The notes: a model not told the origin generated them from the sequence alone. A DNA stretch of 64,000 nucleotides from Macrostomum lignano (GCA_002269645.1 NIVC01003000.1:62001-126000), one strand, 5' to 3'; shown: positions 35,108 to 46,160, counted from the first letter of the stretch. Numbers and translations are program-made.

Positions 35108-38100
35108 ATGACTAAGCTCCACGCTGCCAAAGGAGCGACATTCTGTCTGCAAATAAATTTACAGCATTGCGTATCTGCGTCAGTAAATCTGATGAAGATT
35201 GCTGAGCTGTACAGGCCAGGCCTCATCCTGATCCAGGAACCCTGGATGCGCAACGGTAAGTTGCCCAACATTCCCTCTGGCTACTCTGATTTTTATGTGT
35301 GTGGCCCGGGGAACAGCCGCCCTAGAGCGGCTATCCTCGCTGCTAGCCATCTCCAGGCTTGGCTGAGGACTGATCTCTCTGATGGAGACCTTTGCGTCAT
35401 CCAATCTAATCATTTCTCTCCGCGTACGTGTCTTGTTGCCTCGGTTTATATCCCAGGCGACAGAGACCCTGCTCCGAGAGTTTACTGCGCCTTGCGCAGT
35501 ACTGCGAGTCCCAGAACGCTGAGCTGTGCTTAGGGGGCGACCTCAACGCGCACCACAAGCACTGGGGCAGCAAAGATACCAACACTAGAGGAGAGGAGCT
35601 TCTGGCCCTCATCTCTAACACAAACCTCATGCTCTGCAACCGCGGCAGCACTCCTACCTTTAATAATGGCAGATGGACCGAGGTCCTCGACGCCACACTC
35701 GTTACCCCAAGACTCTTTGACAGAGTCAAGGAGTGGAGAGTCTGGTCTGAGGAGCCCTCCCTGTCTGACCACTGCTTTATCGCCTTTAATATCGCGGACA
35801 CTAAAACCCAGTCTCCGATCACTTGGAGACGCAATATCCGCAACACTGATTGGGCGGCCTACAAGGCTGCCCTTGATCTGCACCTGCAGGAACTCACGGA
35901 CTTACGTCCGATTGAGACCTGCGAGGATGTGGATCATATGGCTGAGACGCTGACAGGTTGCATTATTGCAGCCTACGAAGCGGCTTGTCCTGCTCGCGCC
36001 TACAGAGGCAAGACCTCGGCGCCGTGGTGGAACCCGGAGCTGGGGAAACTCAGGCGGAAGGCCAAAAGCCTTCATCGCCGTGCCATGAAGACCGGAAACC
36101 CGGAGGACATGGAGCTTTTCCGGCAAGCCTCCCGCAATTTCAAATCTGAAGTGCGCAAGGCCAAGGAATGTAAGTGGCGCCAATTCTGCAATGAATTGGA
36201 TCAAGACAGACCTACTTCTAGGCTTGTCAAGGCCCTTACAATGGACAAAATGTCCAAATTAGCCATGATCAAAAAAGATGATGGCTCTCTTACTAAAGAC
36301 CCTGAAGAAGTGCTTCAGCATATGCTTAGCACATTCTTCCCGAGGGTACCTACTGCTAGACCGGAGCCCAACCATTCGATGGATGGAGCCACCCTAGCGG
36401 CGGGCATTGTCACTGAAGACCTAATCGCTCGTGCGGTCAGAACCTTCAAACCCTTCAAATCTCCTGGACCTGATGGTATCTACCCTGTTCTCCTTCGTGA
36501 AGCAGCCAAGATACCCTCGTTCCTGAGACTCACCCGCAATCTTATGCGGGCCTCTATCCAGCTGGGATACGTTCCCAAAAGCTGGACTGAAGCTCGAGTA
36601 GTCTTTATTCCCAAACCTGGGAAGGGTGACTACCAAAGCGTCAAGGCCTTCCGGCCAATTAGCTTAACGTCAGCAATGCTTAAGCTCACTGAGAGGCTTA
36701 TTCTCTGGCGGCTGCTCTCCTGCGAGCTGACAGCGATGCCCCTCAGCAATAATCAGCACGCCTTCCGTACCGGGAGGTCGACTGACAGCGCCCTGCATGC
36801 GATTGTCGAAAAGATTGAACGGGCGGTACTGGGTGACGGTTACGCCCTGGCTCTCTTTCTTGACATTGTTGGCGCCTTCGACAACGTTATCTTTGAAGCG
36901 TTTCAGAGGGCCCTTCAAAATCGCAAAGCTCATGCTACCCTCATACGGTGGATCATGTACATGATCTCCAACCGTACGGTCACTGCCCAACTTCTTGGGC
37001 AAACTGCCTCCACCAGAGTCTGTAAGGGTGGACCCCAAGGCGGAGTCCTCACCCCGACGCTCTGGAACCTGGTCATGGACGCTCTTCTGAGTGACTCCCG
37101 ACCTGACCCCGTCTTCAAAGTCGGGTATGCTGATGACGTCACGGCCATTGTGGCAGGACCGTCTCCCAGCACGCTCAGGGATCTGATGCAGAGCTTTATC
37201 CGCAAAGCAGAATCCTGGGCCAATGACAATGGTTTGGAACTCTCTGAGCCCAAAACCGTTGCCATTATGTTTACCAGCAGACTACGCTGGAACATACGTC
37301 CTCTGCAGCTCTACGGCAGAGATATTGCCTTCGCGCACCAGACCAGATGTCTCGGGGTCACACTTGACCACCGGCTCAACTGGTCCTTCCACGTGAAAGC
37401 AAAAGCTAAGCGTGCCTCAGCCATCCTGGCCCAGCTCCGACGAGCACTTGGCACTTCTTGGGGTCTATCCCCAAAGCGGCTTTGGTGGATCTATACTTCC
37501 GTAGTTAGACCTGCCATTACGTACGCCTCTGTTGTCTGGGTTAGCGCTACCCAGGTCAAAAGCCATGCAGACCTGCTCAACACGATCCAAGGCAGAGCGT
37601 GTAGGCTCATCTGCAACGCCACCAGGTCCACGCCCTTTGCTGGCATGGGGGCCTTTCTTAATCTTCCGCCTCTTGACCTCTTCATCAGGGGTGAGGCGGC
37701 TAGAACGACGCGGCGTCTAATTGATGCCGGCGTCAAATTCATTTACATGAGAGCACCTGCTAAGCGGAACCTTGTCCCGCATAGCGATCTGTGCCTCAAC
37801 TTTCTCAACGAGTGTCAGGCCAATCGCGTCTTCACCGATGGCATTGCCTCAACGCTCAACCTGAGACAGCGCTACTCCGTAGCTATCGACTCGCGCGATA
37901 ACATCAATGACCATTGGAACCCTGGTGAGCTTCATTGCTACACCGACGGTTCTAAGCAGTCAGCCAACACCGGCTTTGGTGTTGGAATCTTTCTGAACGG
38001 GAGGGTCATCGCTACCCACGCTCAATACACTGGGGTCAACTCCAGTGTTTTCCAAAATGAAGTTCTGGCCATCAGCTCCTGCACTGCAGAGCTTCTCGCC

Positions 38101-38847
38101 ACTGGCGTTACTGGTAAGAACATCATTTTCCATTCGGACAGCCAAGCTGCCTTGCACGCCATCAGTGGCTGCAGCACCAACTCTGCTACAGTCCTTGACT
38201 GTATCAAACTCCTCAATGTGTTGGGTTCCGCCAACAAAATTACCCTTAAGTGGGTTCCGGGGCATGTGGGGATCCGAGGAAATGAGTTGGCTGACACCCT
38301 TGCAAAAGTTGGTGCCTCCGGCTCCTCTCTCGGCCCCGAACCTCTTGTCCCGATTCCTGGCTGTGTCATCGACTCGCGCATCAAAGCGTGGATCAGGACT
38401 CAGCACCGCTCGACTTGGGCGAACCGCACGAACTGCAGGCAATCCAGAGGCGCTGTCCCTCAGCCCTCTCACCAGCTCCGGAAGCTCCTCTTGCGCCTCT
38501 CGCGCAGAGACATCCGGGCTGCCACCATGACCCTCTCTGGTCACGGCTGCTTCTCCAGGCACCAGTACCTGCAGGGCAACGCCACCAACGCCACCTGTAG
38601 TTTCTGCAACTCAGGTGACGAAACCGCTGAGCATTTCGTCAGCATCTGTCCCGCCTTCACGCGGGCCAGACTCACTTACCTCGGGCCACACACATCTATT
38701 ACTGAAGCGTGCAAACCCGAAAACTTTAATCAGCTCATGCGCTACCTTCGGGCCACCCGCAGGGCTGAACTCTCCTTTCCAGAGAGCACCATAGCTGCTG
38801 GCGACACTGGGGGACCTCCCTGGGCGGCGCCAACCCTCCGTCCATAG
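35108..38847 (+). CDS. LINE-A ORF2: AP endonuclease, reverse transcriptase, RNase H, CCHC finger (one frameshift at ~35475)
   Basis: QINLQH..LIQEPW, GDLNAHH, SDHC, KSPGPDGI, GGPQGGVLTP, VGYADDV, CYTDGSK, WVPGHVGIRGNELAD and CSFC..ETAEH..C. ORFs 35108..35533 and 35428..38847 overlap out of frame. Confidence 0.93.
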
Positions 38848-40259
38848 CGACGCGTCGGCCGTTCAGGGACTAGCGGAATGGGCGCCCGCGCCTTCCCGCT
38901 GTGTCCCCTCCGGGACAGCCCTGCAGCTAAGTCTAAGTCAAAGTCAAGTGCCTTTACATGGGTTCCAATAAAAAGGCCGAAATGAACGAGTACTGGAGCA
39001 CAGACAGTTACTACAGTACGCCGTACTTTCAAGCACCTCAAGCTCTTTCTAGGGACCGCTTTAAGCAGCTACTTGGTCTGCTCCGTTTCTACGATTGCGC
39101 TGAGGATCCGATTGTCAACGATCCTCTCTTTAAGATCCGTCCGTTGCTGCAGGCTTTGAAAGAGGCTTGTATTAATGTGTACAGGCCCGAGGAGGATGTG
39201 AGCGTGGACCTAACGACGTCGCCTTCATGCGCAAAGACGGGGTGCTGGCTGTCAAGATCGTTGAACGAAAGGAGAGTGGCCTGAAGACTCTGTATTTGCT
39301 GGACACGAAAGAGGCGGCTGAGAGGGTTCAAACCAGACGCGTGGTTCGTGGAGGAGCAGAAACAGTGGTGCAGAAGAGCAGGTCAGTTCTCACCTACAAT
39401 CGGTGCATGGGTGGTGTTGACAGAATGGACAGTCATCTACAGCATCATCTGCCAGGGAGAAAAACTACAAAGTGGTTTTTGAAGCTCGGCTTGCATCTTT
39501 TTCTTCAAATGATTCGCAACGCTTGGATTGTGTACAGCCGGTGCGGTGGAGAGAAGACGTTCGCCAAGTTTCTTGAGGCCAGCATTCGGGAGCTGGTGGA
39601 GCGTACCGGAACGAGCAGGAAGCGCCCGGCCGCTGGCATCCAGGCCGCTCCAGGTGGCCCAGTCAGTCCGCACTTTCCAACGAAGATTGTGGCGCGGGAC
39701 AGTCAGCCAAGACCAACAAAGCGCTGTCGTGTCTGCTACAGAGCTGGAAGCAGCAAGCGCACGATCTACTGCTGCCCTGAGTGTCCAGGGGAACCGGGGC
39801 TCTGCTTGGAAGCCTGCTTTCAGCAGTGGCATGCCTGATCTTCGACTGCGATTTGGACTAAGTCTGCCTTAATGAATCTATTTGAAGGCAACTGTTCACT
39901 CTAACTTAGTCAAAATATAATGCAAGTCAGTATAATTTAATGTAGTTTGTAAGTTTACTGAGTTATTATGTTTATTTAAAGTTTAAAGTTGTCTAACACA
40001 TATCACAATGTTCTTTTTTGCGTTTTGGAGTACTTTTGCATCTAAATGTACGATCTGTACGATCTGCTTACTTTTGTTTTACTTTGTTAAAATATTTTTC
40101 GTATGATTTTTTCTTCAGTCGAGTTGTTTCCAGACCGTGAATAATCTGTAGCAGATTTCAACCAACTGCGGTATAAAAGGCAAATTTTTTATTTGGAAGG
40201 ATAAAAGTAAAGCTAGTTCCTTTTTGAATAAATATTTGTCCATGACCCCTAATGGCTGA

Positions 40260-40261
<2 letters not shown>

Positions 40262-40302
<41 letters not shown>

Positions 40303-40303
40303 G
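40262..40303 (+). repeat. (GACA)n microsatellite inside the piggyBac 3' region
   Basis: About ten consecutive GACA units. Confidence 0.95.
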
Positions 40304-40492
40304 TTTTGAAGAGCTGCTCAATCTGATTTTCCTAACTTCAATTCCATGGCAAGCTCTGCTTACCATAGCCGACCGGAACGGCCTGTGGCCAGCCATAGAC
40401 TTATAGAGACTTTCCTCACTCGCGAAAGTTTAGGCTTGGATTGGAGTGTCAGCGTGGTAAGCACTGCTTACCATCAGACTGCTGGCGGTTAA

Positions 40493-40645
40493 TAACTGAG
40501 AGCTTTGACATTTTGTCGAGGGTGAGAGCCTTAACTACGCGTGAAGTAGGGCGGGTGCCTTCTAACTCCGCGCAGTATTGGCGCCATTTGTCGGACTTGG
40601 CTTTCCTGGTTTCACGCTTAAAGTGTGAAAGATGGACACGGAGCA
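40493..40645 (-). mobile_element. LINE-B 5'-most surviving segment (pre-RT), 5'-truncated
   Basis: HFKRETRKAKSDKWRQYCAELEGTRPTSRVVKALTLDKMSKLSV matches LINE-A NFKSEVRKAKECKWRQFCNELDQDRPTSRLVKALTMDKMSKLAM. Confidence 0.9.
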
Positions 40646-41737
40646 CCCAGAGGTTGAAACTCGGTATCGCTCTGCTTAGCATTCGTGTACCAGTCAGTCA
40701 AAGTCGTAACCTCGGTGTCGTCCGAGTTGCGCCGAACTTCCGAGCAAGTACAAGCAAGTACAACAGCGCCGGCGTACTCCTGTACTTTTGCTCGTCGTAT
40801 CGACAAAATGTCGCCGACACTCCAATTGACAGCTTGATCGGAGGACGACCCCCAAAACGTGCAGGAGACAGAACGACAGGACTGGTCAACAATAATCACT
40901 TTGGCTACGTTTATCCGCTTCCCAGCCTTCGTCATGACTTCCTCGGGCGGCTGCAGTGTGTCGATTGCTCCAAGGACATCGACATTTCTAATATACGGCA
41001 ATGAAGAGGGGACAGTTTTAAAAGTCTTTTAAAACCTCAAAACTCTTTTTGAAGTTCATTTGAATCCTTTTGAATAGACGAATGAATATAATGGACTACT
41101 AGTCTAGCCAACAGCAAGGGATGAAGGCATAGAATGGATTGTTATTATTTTACAAAATAATTTATAAAAGCCGAACATACACTACAGTGCTACATAATTG
41201 CCTATACAATTCACATTTTCTATACTAATATGTCTATTGTACATATAATAATATTGTATACTGTCTGTCCATACAATACATACAAGTAGATAGATACAAT
41301 CCAACTCACTCTTGCAGGCGTACGTTTTGAAGGTCGCTTATTCCCGTATAGTTACACGCCCGTTCACTAACAGTCGGAACTTCATTGCTTCGATATATTG
41401 ATCCCTTGGAGTCAACTGAAAGAGGCACCTCCATAGGATTATTCGTGCTGTTGTATCTCGGATCCGAAGTCTTTACCATACCGCCGGCTATGCGAACAGC
41501 ATCGGAAGTATTGCAAACTTCCCAAATAGACCGCAGGTCCTTGCCGAAAACGCTGACTCTCATCTCAGCCGAGTCGTCCACCAAGACGAATGAAAAAACT
41601 TCGCCTCGAACATCGTTCTTCATGTAGGACCTGATCTCCATCAACTCGGTTACAAGGCCAGTAACCGCTGTATTCATGTAGCCCAGTTTCAGGCCAGAGA
41701 TTTTAGCCTTAATCTTCTTGGTGATTGTAGACGCCAT
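40646..41737 (-). CDS. RPA70-like ssDNA-binding protein (OB folds A and B), two exons, truncated by LINE-B
   Basis: Exon 41737-41310 (GEVFSFVLVDDSAEMRVSVF..VKTSDPRYNSTNNPMEV), intron 40988-41309 (GTGAGT..TTAG), then exon from 40987 (ENVDVLG..IIVDQSCRSVSCTFWG..IRRAKVQEYAG..LTDWY). This matches the RPA1 DBD-A/B pattern but is strongly diverged. Confidence 0.8.
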
Positions 41738-42713
41738 TGTTGCTAAGTTGTTCAGTTTAACAGCTTTAACAAAGTAGAAACAAAACTTAGAAAATAGAAA
41801 GAGCTTCTATAAATGTTGCAGTGCAAAATACTTCAGTAGAAATAGCAGGTTAAAATCACAATTTGCAATACATTTTGATTTAAATAGTCAAGCCCACACC
41901 CCAATCACCAGCAGTCAACCCCACACGACTAAACAGCCAATCAGAATACAGATACCCCTCCCTCCCTGTGCAATCTCTTCGTTTCCAGACTAAATCGGCT
42001 GGGGTGGGTGGGGTCTAGATCTGACAATGGCGTGATCTCACGAGGCTGATTGAACTGCCAGGGCCAACCCCTTCTCTGTGGGGGTTATCTGTGATTATCG
42101 TTTTTCACACTCAAACGATGTGTCATTTAGTTAGTCAATTTAGTCAGAATTATTTGTGTTTACTTTATTTTCCCTCCCTCTATCCAGTTCAGTCTTATTA
42201 TTCTTCTCTCTCTATGTACCCGCCGTCTGATTGGCTCTATAATCTCGCCTATCTTCTCAGTCGCACACTCTACACTCTACCACCCCTCCTAATTCTTACT
42301 CGCAATCAACCCCAACCCCGGAGTTTACAACTAAGTCTTTGGCATGACTAAGAGAGTCGCGACAATGAAAAACTGCCGAGTATTGCTACTTACCAGCTCA
42401 AGCTGGTTTTGACCCAACCTCCCCTGGCCCAGCTTGGCTTAATCCACCCACCCAACACAGTGCTCTCGCCCCTTCTCCCTGCCAGCGTGAGCTTTACCCC
42501 TCACCCTGCAATCCCCCGCATGGCTTAGCCCCAACCAATCCAGCCACTGCTGTCACTCTCTTGAGCTTAGCTCCACTTGTCTGCCCCACCCCTGCGTGGC
42601 CAACCCACCAACCCACCCCAAAACGTTTTGCTATAAATATATTCTCACTTTTTGCCCATTTTTTCTTCGCTACTGAATTTCCTACTATTGCTACTACTAT
42701 TCTGAAAGTTGAA
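41738..42713. promoter_or_regulatory. Putative bidirectional promoter region
   Basis: ~1 kb between divergent ATGs, with CCAAT boxes (~41901, ~41937, inverted ~42229, ~42534) and TATAAATA at ~42634. Confidence 0.35.
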
Positions 42714-43336
42714 ATGAAAGTTACCATCATCGAAGGCGGCCGGCCTCGACGCCGCCAGAACCAACCCCGTAGAAGTAAGTATCGTACATATTGTTACTAC
42801 TTTTTCATTTCACCTCTCTAGAAGTGTAGTGTAGAGTTTTATAAATACTGAACACTTACACAAACTTTCTTCTTTCTTGTTAACTCTTAGAAGCAAAAAA
42901 TCCGTAGAGTTCTAAATACACAACGCGTACACACATTTGCTTCCTCTCTTTCTTCACTCTTTGAAGCAAACAAACCAATCGTACGAATCAATCTTAGTCG
43001 AACTATATATTGAATTTAATTCTGGGCTTAAGTATAAATCAATCACGATTGTGTTAAATTAAAAAACTGACAATTTCACCATACACGCCTTCTTTCACAG
43101 AAATCGAATGCTACTTCCGCGGGGAAAATCACAGAGTGTCTCGCTGCGAGGCAGTCAAACAATACTACGCCCAACAGCGGCAGGAGCAGCAGGCACAGCA
43201 GCAGCAGGCACAGCAGCAGCAGGCACAGCAGCAGCAGGCACAGCAACAGCAGCAGCAGCAACAAAACCACCAGCAGGCGCAGCAGCAGGAGAAGCAGCAG
43301 CAGCAGCAGCAGCGACAGCAGCAGCACAAGCAATAA
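42714..43336 (+). CDS. Small two-exon ORF (~99 aa): basic N-terminus, degenerate Zn knuckle, polyglutamine tail
   Basis: Exon 42714-42774 ends AGAA/GTAAGT. The acceptor TTTCACAG at 43100 is phase-compatible. Spliced product MKVTIIEGGRPRRRQNQPRRKIECYFRGENHRVSRCEAVKQYYAQQRQEQQ... Confidence 0.5.
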
Positions 43337-43840
43337 TAGCATAGCATCCACCACAGTTGCAATCTAAAATAAACATTTGCTGCCAGAAATTGCTGCCTTT
43401 TTGAAATTTGCTGAACAGTGTGCTTTCTGAACTTTCTCTTTTGAATTAGTGTAGAGGCGCAGTCATTGGCGGAAACTATATAGAACAAATTAAATCTTAC
43501 TACATGTACTTACAGTAAAACACTGCAACCTGGAACTACCATATTGATGACGCACACAAACCTGTACATTTAAAGTAATTTAACTAACCAAAATATCAGA
43601 ATGGCTGACAATAAATATACAGTAAACTTTTCCGCTTAAACTTCACACAAAGAAATTTTTAAAAATTATACAGTGTCCCAAAAATTAGGTACGTAATAAG
43701 AGAGCAGTTCCGATTGATTAATCCTTTTCTCTGCGTATTCAGACAAAAAACAAGAAACTCTATTACAAACAATTTTTGTAGGACCTAATTGCATCTTTCG
43801 ACTTGATTAAAAGAATCACTGCTTCGAAAGTAGTAGAATC

Positions 43841-43888
43841 ACTACTACTACTACCTACTTACTACTACTACTACTACTACTACTACTA
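43841..43888 (+). repeat. (ACT)n microsatellite
   Basis: Direct reading. Confidence 0.95.
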
Positions 43889-43920
43889 TGTCATGTTATG
43901 TTTATTACATTATTATGACT

Positions 43921-44704
43921 CATCAATTTGTTAGGCAAGTCAGTACCAGTCTCTATTAAAGTGAACAATATGGCTACGAAATCAAGTATTGTGCTATGCT
44001 TCCACACTCAACGCTGTTAATTTATTTACTCTGTATTTACAATTCCAAAAAGTCATAAAAGAATAAGAATCGAGATGTTTCTGCAGAAGGCCTCGGCAAC
44101 AAGAATGCATCTTAGAATGCACTGTAGAAGAGATTCTTAGAATGCACTGTAGAAGAGATTCTTAGAATGCATTGTAGAAGGGATTCTTAGAATACAAAGT
44201 AGAAGAGATTCTTAGAATAGAAAAGTAGAAGACATTCTTAGAATAGAAAGTAGAAGAGATTCTTAGAATACAAAGTAGAAGAGATTCTTTGAATGCAAAG
44301 TAGAAGACATTCTTAGAATACAAAGTAGAATTCATTTTAAGAATACAAAGTAGAAGACATTCTTCGAATAGAAAGTAGAAGAGATTCTTAGAATACAAAG
44401 TAGAAGAGATTCTTATAATACAAAGTAGAAGATATTCTTCGAATAGAAAGTAGAAAATATTCTTAGAATACAAAGTAGAAGAGATTCTTAGAATACAAAG
44501 TAGAAGAGATTCTTAGAATGCAAAAGTAGAAGAGATTCTTAGAATAGATTTATATATTCAACATTAACACCAAGTCAATTGAGTTAAAGTCACACGAAGC
44601 AGTTATGACATAATCAATTTCTTAGGCAAGTCAGTACCAGTCTCTATTAAAGTTAGCAATATGGTTACGCAATATAAATCAAGTGTTGTGCTATGCTTCC
44701 ACAC
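43921..44704 (+). repeat. ~90-bp direct repeats flanking the minisatellite
   Basis: ATCAATTT(G/C)TTAGGCAAGTCAGTACCAGTCTCTATTAAAGT..GTGCTATGCTTCCACACT at ~43922-44008 and ~44613-44704. Confidence 0.8.
44100..44547 (+). repeat. Minisatellite, ~25-26-bp unit
   Basis: Head-to-tail GAAGAGATTCTTAGAATACAAAGTA variants with no unique spacers. Confidence 0.95.
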
Positions 44705-44929
44705 TGCGTTTTCAATACTGTGACGCAATTCAATTCAGTGTCAAATTCAGCCAGTACACAGACGATAAATAAAAAGCCTATTGTGATGATGCAATCGATT
44801 TCAGAATCAGAATTCAACCAGTCAGTTTTTTCTCTAGCATTCTTACAATGCATTTCAAGTCGAAAAGTTTGCTTGACCTTTGCAAAAAAGCATGTTTTTC
44901 GAATATTTAATCCCTTTAGCATTTAGCAA

Positions 44930-45080
44930 TTTCTTAGCCAAGATACATGTACCGTCCCGGGAAAATTTCTGATCGAATGGTGCAAGTTTGAACAAAATCG
45001 GTTGAGCCATTCGGGAGATAATCGATTGCACACAAGCAAACATACATACAAACAACTCATTTTTAGTATATGGACTAGCC
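44930..45080 (+). mobile_element. Possible non-autonomous Helitron-like (Lep1/DINE-type) 3' remnant
   Basis: CAAGTTTGAACAAAATCGGTTGAGCCATT followed by ACAAACATACATACAAAC and TTTTTAGTATATGGACTAG, a layout typical of such elements. Resemblance only. Confidence 0.4.
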
Positions 45081-45579
45081 ATTTAGCCCCCCGCTGGGGG
45101 GCATTAAAATGACACCAAGTGGTTTTGATTTTGGCCCAACAGTAAACCATTAATTTCCCTTTCCATTAATCAAAAATTACTTTTTCTCATTCTGAAAAAA
45201 AAATTGCCATGAATCAAAACTTTCACCAGCAAAAAAGTTTCCTTAATCAGCCCAAAACCCGTTTTCAATCAGCAAATAGTGCTTATCCTTTCAAGCACAA
45301 ACTCTTAGAGCATATCGTCATTGGCCTGGGCATATTTTGGTCCGCAGCAGGAGCTCAATATGCAAATCCCTGACGGCCTTTGACACCCCTCTTTATTAGC
45401 CTAACTCAAAGAATCAAACCTTTAATAAATACGCTGGTATTTCCTATCAGCAGAATTCAGCATCACTTGTGTGTACTATTTCATTATCTGAATTAAATGA
45501 GCTACTTGAGCTGTACTACTTGACGATCTGACAATCGAACAACAAACCTAACCCCCTCCCCCCAAAAATTCAGCCATCC

Positions 45580-46160
45580 CCCATGAGCCTTGACATCTCA
45601 GCAATTCCCCCAGTAGGCCTTGACATCTCAGAAATTCCCTCAGTAAGCATCGACATCGCAGCAATTAAACTCGAGCCTTGACATCTACGCAATTCTCTCA
45701 GGCCAGTAAGCCTTGAAATCTACGCAATTCTCCCAGGCCAGTAAGCCTTGACATCTCAGCAATTCCCCGAGTAAGCCTTGAAATCTCAGAAATTCCCACA
45801 GTAAGCCTTGAAATCTCAGCAATTCCCCTAGTAAGCCTTGAAATCTCAGAAATTCCCACAGTAAGCCTTGACATCTCAGCAATTACCCCAGTAAGCCTCG
45901 ACATCTCAGCAATTACCCCAGTAAGCCTCGACATCTCAGCAATCCCCCAGTAAGCCTTGACATCTCAGCAATCCCCCAGTAAGCCTTGACATCTCAGCAA
46001 TTCCTCTAAGAAGCTTTGACATCTCAAGAATTTTCCCAGTAAGCCTTGACATCTGAGCAATTCCCATGAGCCTTGAAATCTCAGAAATTACCCCAAAAAA
46101 GCCATGATATCTCAGCAATTCAACCAATAAGCCTTGACATCTCAGCAATTCCTGAGATGT
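45580..46160 (+). repeat. Minisatellite, ~30-bp unit
   Basis: CAGTAAGCCTTGA(C/A)ATCTCAGCAATTCCCC variants in tandem. Confidence 0.95.

Larger units (their letters stand above)
13961..36275 (+). repeat. Near-identical tandem segmental duplication, unit ~11.16 kb (13961-25116 and 25117-36275)
   Basis: The junction at 25117 joins LINE-A ORF2 (..ATGATCAAAA) to CMC transposase exon 2 (ACTGACGGACC, identical to 13961), with 1-nt microhomology. ORFs recur at offsets of 11156-11158. Confidence 0.95.
33045..38947 (+). mobile_element. LINE-A: full-length non-LTR retrotransposon, LOA/R1/I group, RNase H-bearing (5903 bp)
   Basis: 8-bp TSD GTGCCTTT (33037-33044, 38948-38955), two ORFs, and a 3' tail of short tandem AAGTC(T/A) units. 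The LOA clade is the best guess from the APE-RT-RNase H-CCHC layout. Confidence 0.93.
32615..39838 (+). pseudogene. piggyBac transposase (PGBD4-like) split by LINE-A and missing the middle of the catalytic domain
   Basis: Removing LINE-A gives EVKKVLGMCLYMG..EYWST..LSRDRFKQLL..DPLFKIRPLL..DVSVD, then a jump straight to ..AFMRKDGVLAV.. with the D2 region absent. It continues YNRCMGGVDRMD and ends in the CRD KRCRVC..CCPEC..LCLEACFQQWH. Confidence 0.9.
32416..40488 (+). mobile_element. piggyBac element (about 2.16 kb without the LINE insert), internally deleted, with non-matching tips
   Basis: TTAA at 32412-32415 and 40489-40492. Removing the element restores LINE-B in frame (KMSKLSV-IK-RPDGRLAENPGESL vs LINE-A KMSKLAMIKKDDGSLTKDPEEVL). 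Confidence 0.9.

Noticed and set aside
35108-38847. Retron, DGR, group II intron or LTR-type RT system
   Set aside because: The N-terminal AP endonuclease, YADD RT, TSD, tandem 3' tail and absence of LTRs identify an ordinary non-LTR retrotransposon.
13285-39872. Numerous 60-200 aa ORFs antisense or out of frame to transposase, ORF1 and ORF2
   Set aside because: Expected shadows of GC-rich coding sequence, with no independent motifs.
43076-43488. Leu-, Ala- and Cys-rich ORFs overlapping the CAG tract
   Set aside because: These are alternative-frame and antisense readings of the (CAG)n-rich repeat. Only the polyQ frame has supporting splice sites.
44100-46160. CRISPR-like arrays (25-30-bp repeats)
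   Set aside because: Units are head-to-tail with no unique spacers, there are no cas genes, and the context is eukaryotic. These are minisatellites.
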